Source: a virus. Taken from it: 38,569 nucleotides of DNA. Of this stretch, positions 38,072 through 38,569 are shown in pieces (the stretch's first letter is position 1; each line of letters begins with the position of its first letter). Location of the stretch: IMG/VR virus record IMGVR_UViG_3300046534_000937, one strand, 5' to 3'. Both the position numbers and the translations under genes were made by a program. The notes beneath the pieces were generated by a model. That model worked only from the letters and a program-made list of their open reading frames with translations. It made no database searches and was not told the origin of the DNA.

Positions 38072-38569
38072 CGGTCGCCCCTCGCCCATTTCTTGAGACG
38101 TTCACGCATGACCCAAGCCAATCCCGCAATCGCTACAAACGCGCACGCGATAACGATAATCTGAGCCGTGCCGTCTAGCTGTGACACCGCAGTGCCCGCG
38201 CCTGTGATAACGGATATTGCCCCGGCAGCGCTCGCCTGCATCGTCGTTGATTGTGCTGGGGATGTGCGAGGTGTTGGCACCGTCCGCGCGAACCACGACC
38301 GCACGTCGAAGCAAGGGCAAGCCTTGTTGGCATATTCGTGATGCCCGGATAATTTCAGGTTTGGCCCGTATTCGGTTTGCAGGCGCGCGACTAACTTGCG
38401 CAGCGCCGCGCCCTGCTCTTCGGTAAAGTTGTCCTCAAACGAGCCGTCTTTTGCGCCGCCACCACCGCCGAACAAGCTAATACCGATTGTGCCTGTGTTG
38501 TGGCCCTTGACGTGTGCGCCGGTGCGTTCGATCGGTCGCCCCTCCGCCTCAGTGCCGTCGCGGTCAATT
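38068..38569 (-). CDS. Endolysin C-terminal part: end of the amidase domain, linker and C-terminal transmembrane segment
   Basis: The ORF-track peptide contains 'LSGHHEYANKACPCFDV', an amidase_2 C-terminal Zn-ligand region. A P/T/S/A linker follows, then 'AQIIVIACAFVAIAGLAWVM' and the basic tail 'RERLKKWARGDR'. The frame is open to the window end and matches 1..243 through the repeat. Confidence 0.85.
   Translation of the reverse strand, partial: IDRDGTEAEGRPIERTGAHVKGHNTGTIGISLFGGGGGAKDGSFEDNFTEEQGAALRKLVARLQTEYGPNLKLSGHHEYANKACPCFDVRSWFARTVPTPRTSPAQSTTMQASAAGAISVITGAGTAVSQLDGTAQIIVIACAFVAIAGLAWVMRERLKKWARGDR
38473..38569. repeat. Terminal direct repeat, right copy (identical to 1..97)
   Basis: Exact 97-nt match to the window start. 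This is consistent with a circular-assembly overlap or terminal redundancy. Confidence 0.95.

Overview
The window is a complete dsDNA phage genome. The first 97 nt recur exactly as the last 97 nt, giving a unique length of 38,472 bp, and an amidase-type endolysin gene reads in frame across that junction. Coding is very dense: more than 20 gene junctions are ATGA or other 1-7 nt overlaps.

Layout:
- A divergent palindromic promoter near 30.7 kb drives a leftward (minus-strand) early block. It holds a Cro-like HTH, a Zn-finger protein, a DPPY DNA methyltransferase, a VRR-NUC-like nuclease, a DUF1376 replication protein, a LexA-DBD-only protein, a double-HTH protein and an HD phosphohydrolase.
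- The same promoter region drives a rightward recombination block: ERF, NinB-like, an HNH/DUF968-like protein, a GapR/DUF2312-like protein and SSB.
- After the minus-strand early block comes an unusual ORF-free tract of about 436 nt (21911..22346).
- The late block follows: terS, terL, adaptor, fibres, a tail-collar fibre, a block of large ejection-type proteins, portal, scaffold and an HK97-fold major capsid.
- Then comes a lysis cassette of holin, endolysin and overlapped spanin-like genes.
- An accessory island at 32.9-37.7 kb has its own palindromic divergent promoter. It holds a small C5-MTase-like gene, a pentapeptide-repeat protein with three perfect 30-bp tandem repeats, several tiny ORFs and an HTH-metallophosphoesterase fusion.

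I recognised no tail tube, sheath or tape-measure gene, which suggests a short-tailed virion. I also recognised no integrase, DNA polymerase, helicase, tRNA or CRISPR array. The GapR-like gene, the high G+C content and the terS N-terminus suggest an alphaproteobacterial host; this is inference only.

All family calls are motif recognition by eye. Coordinates not taken from the ORF track were hand-indexed and may be off by 1-2 nt.
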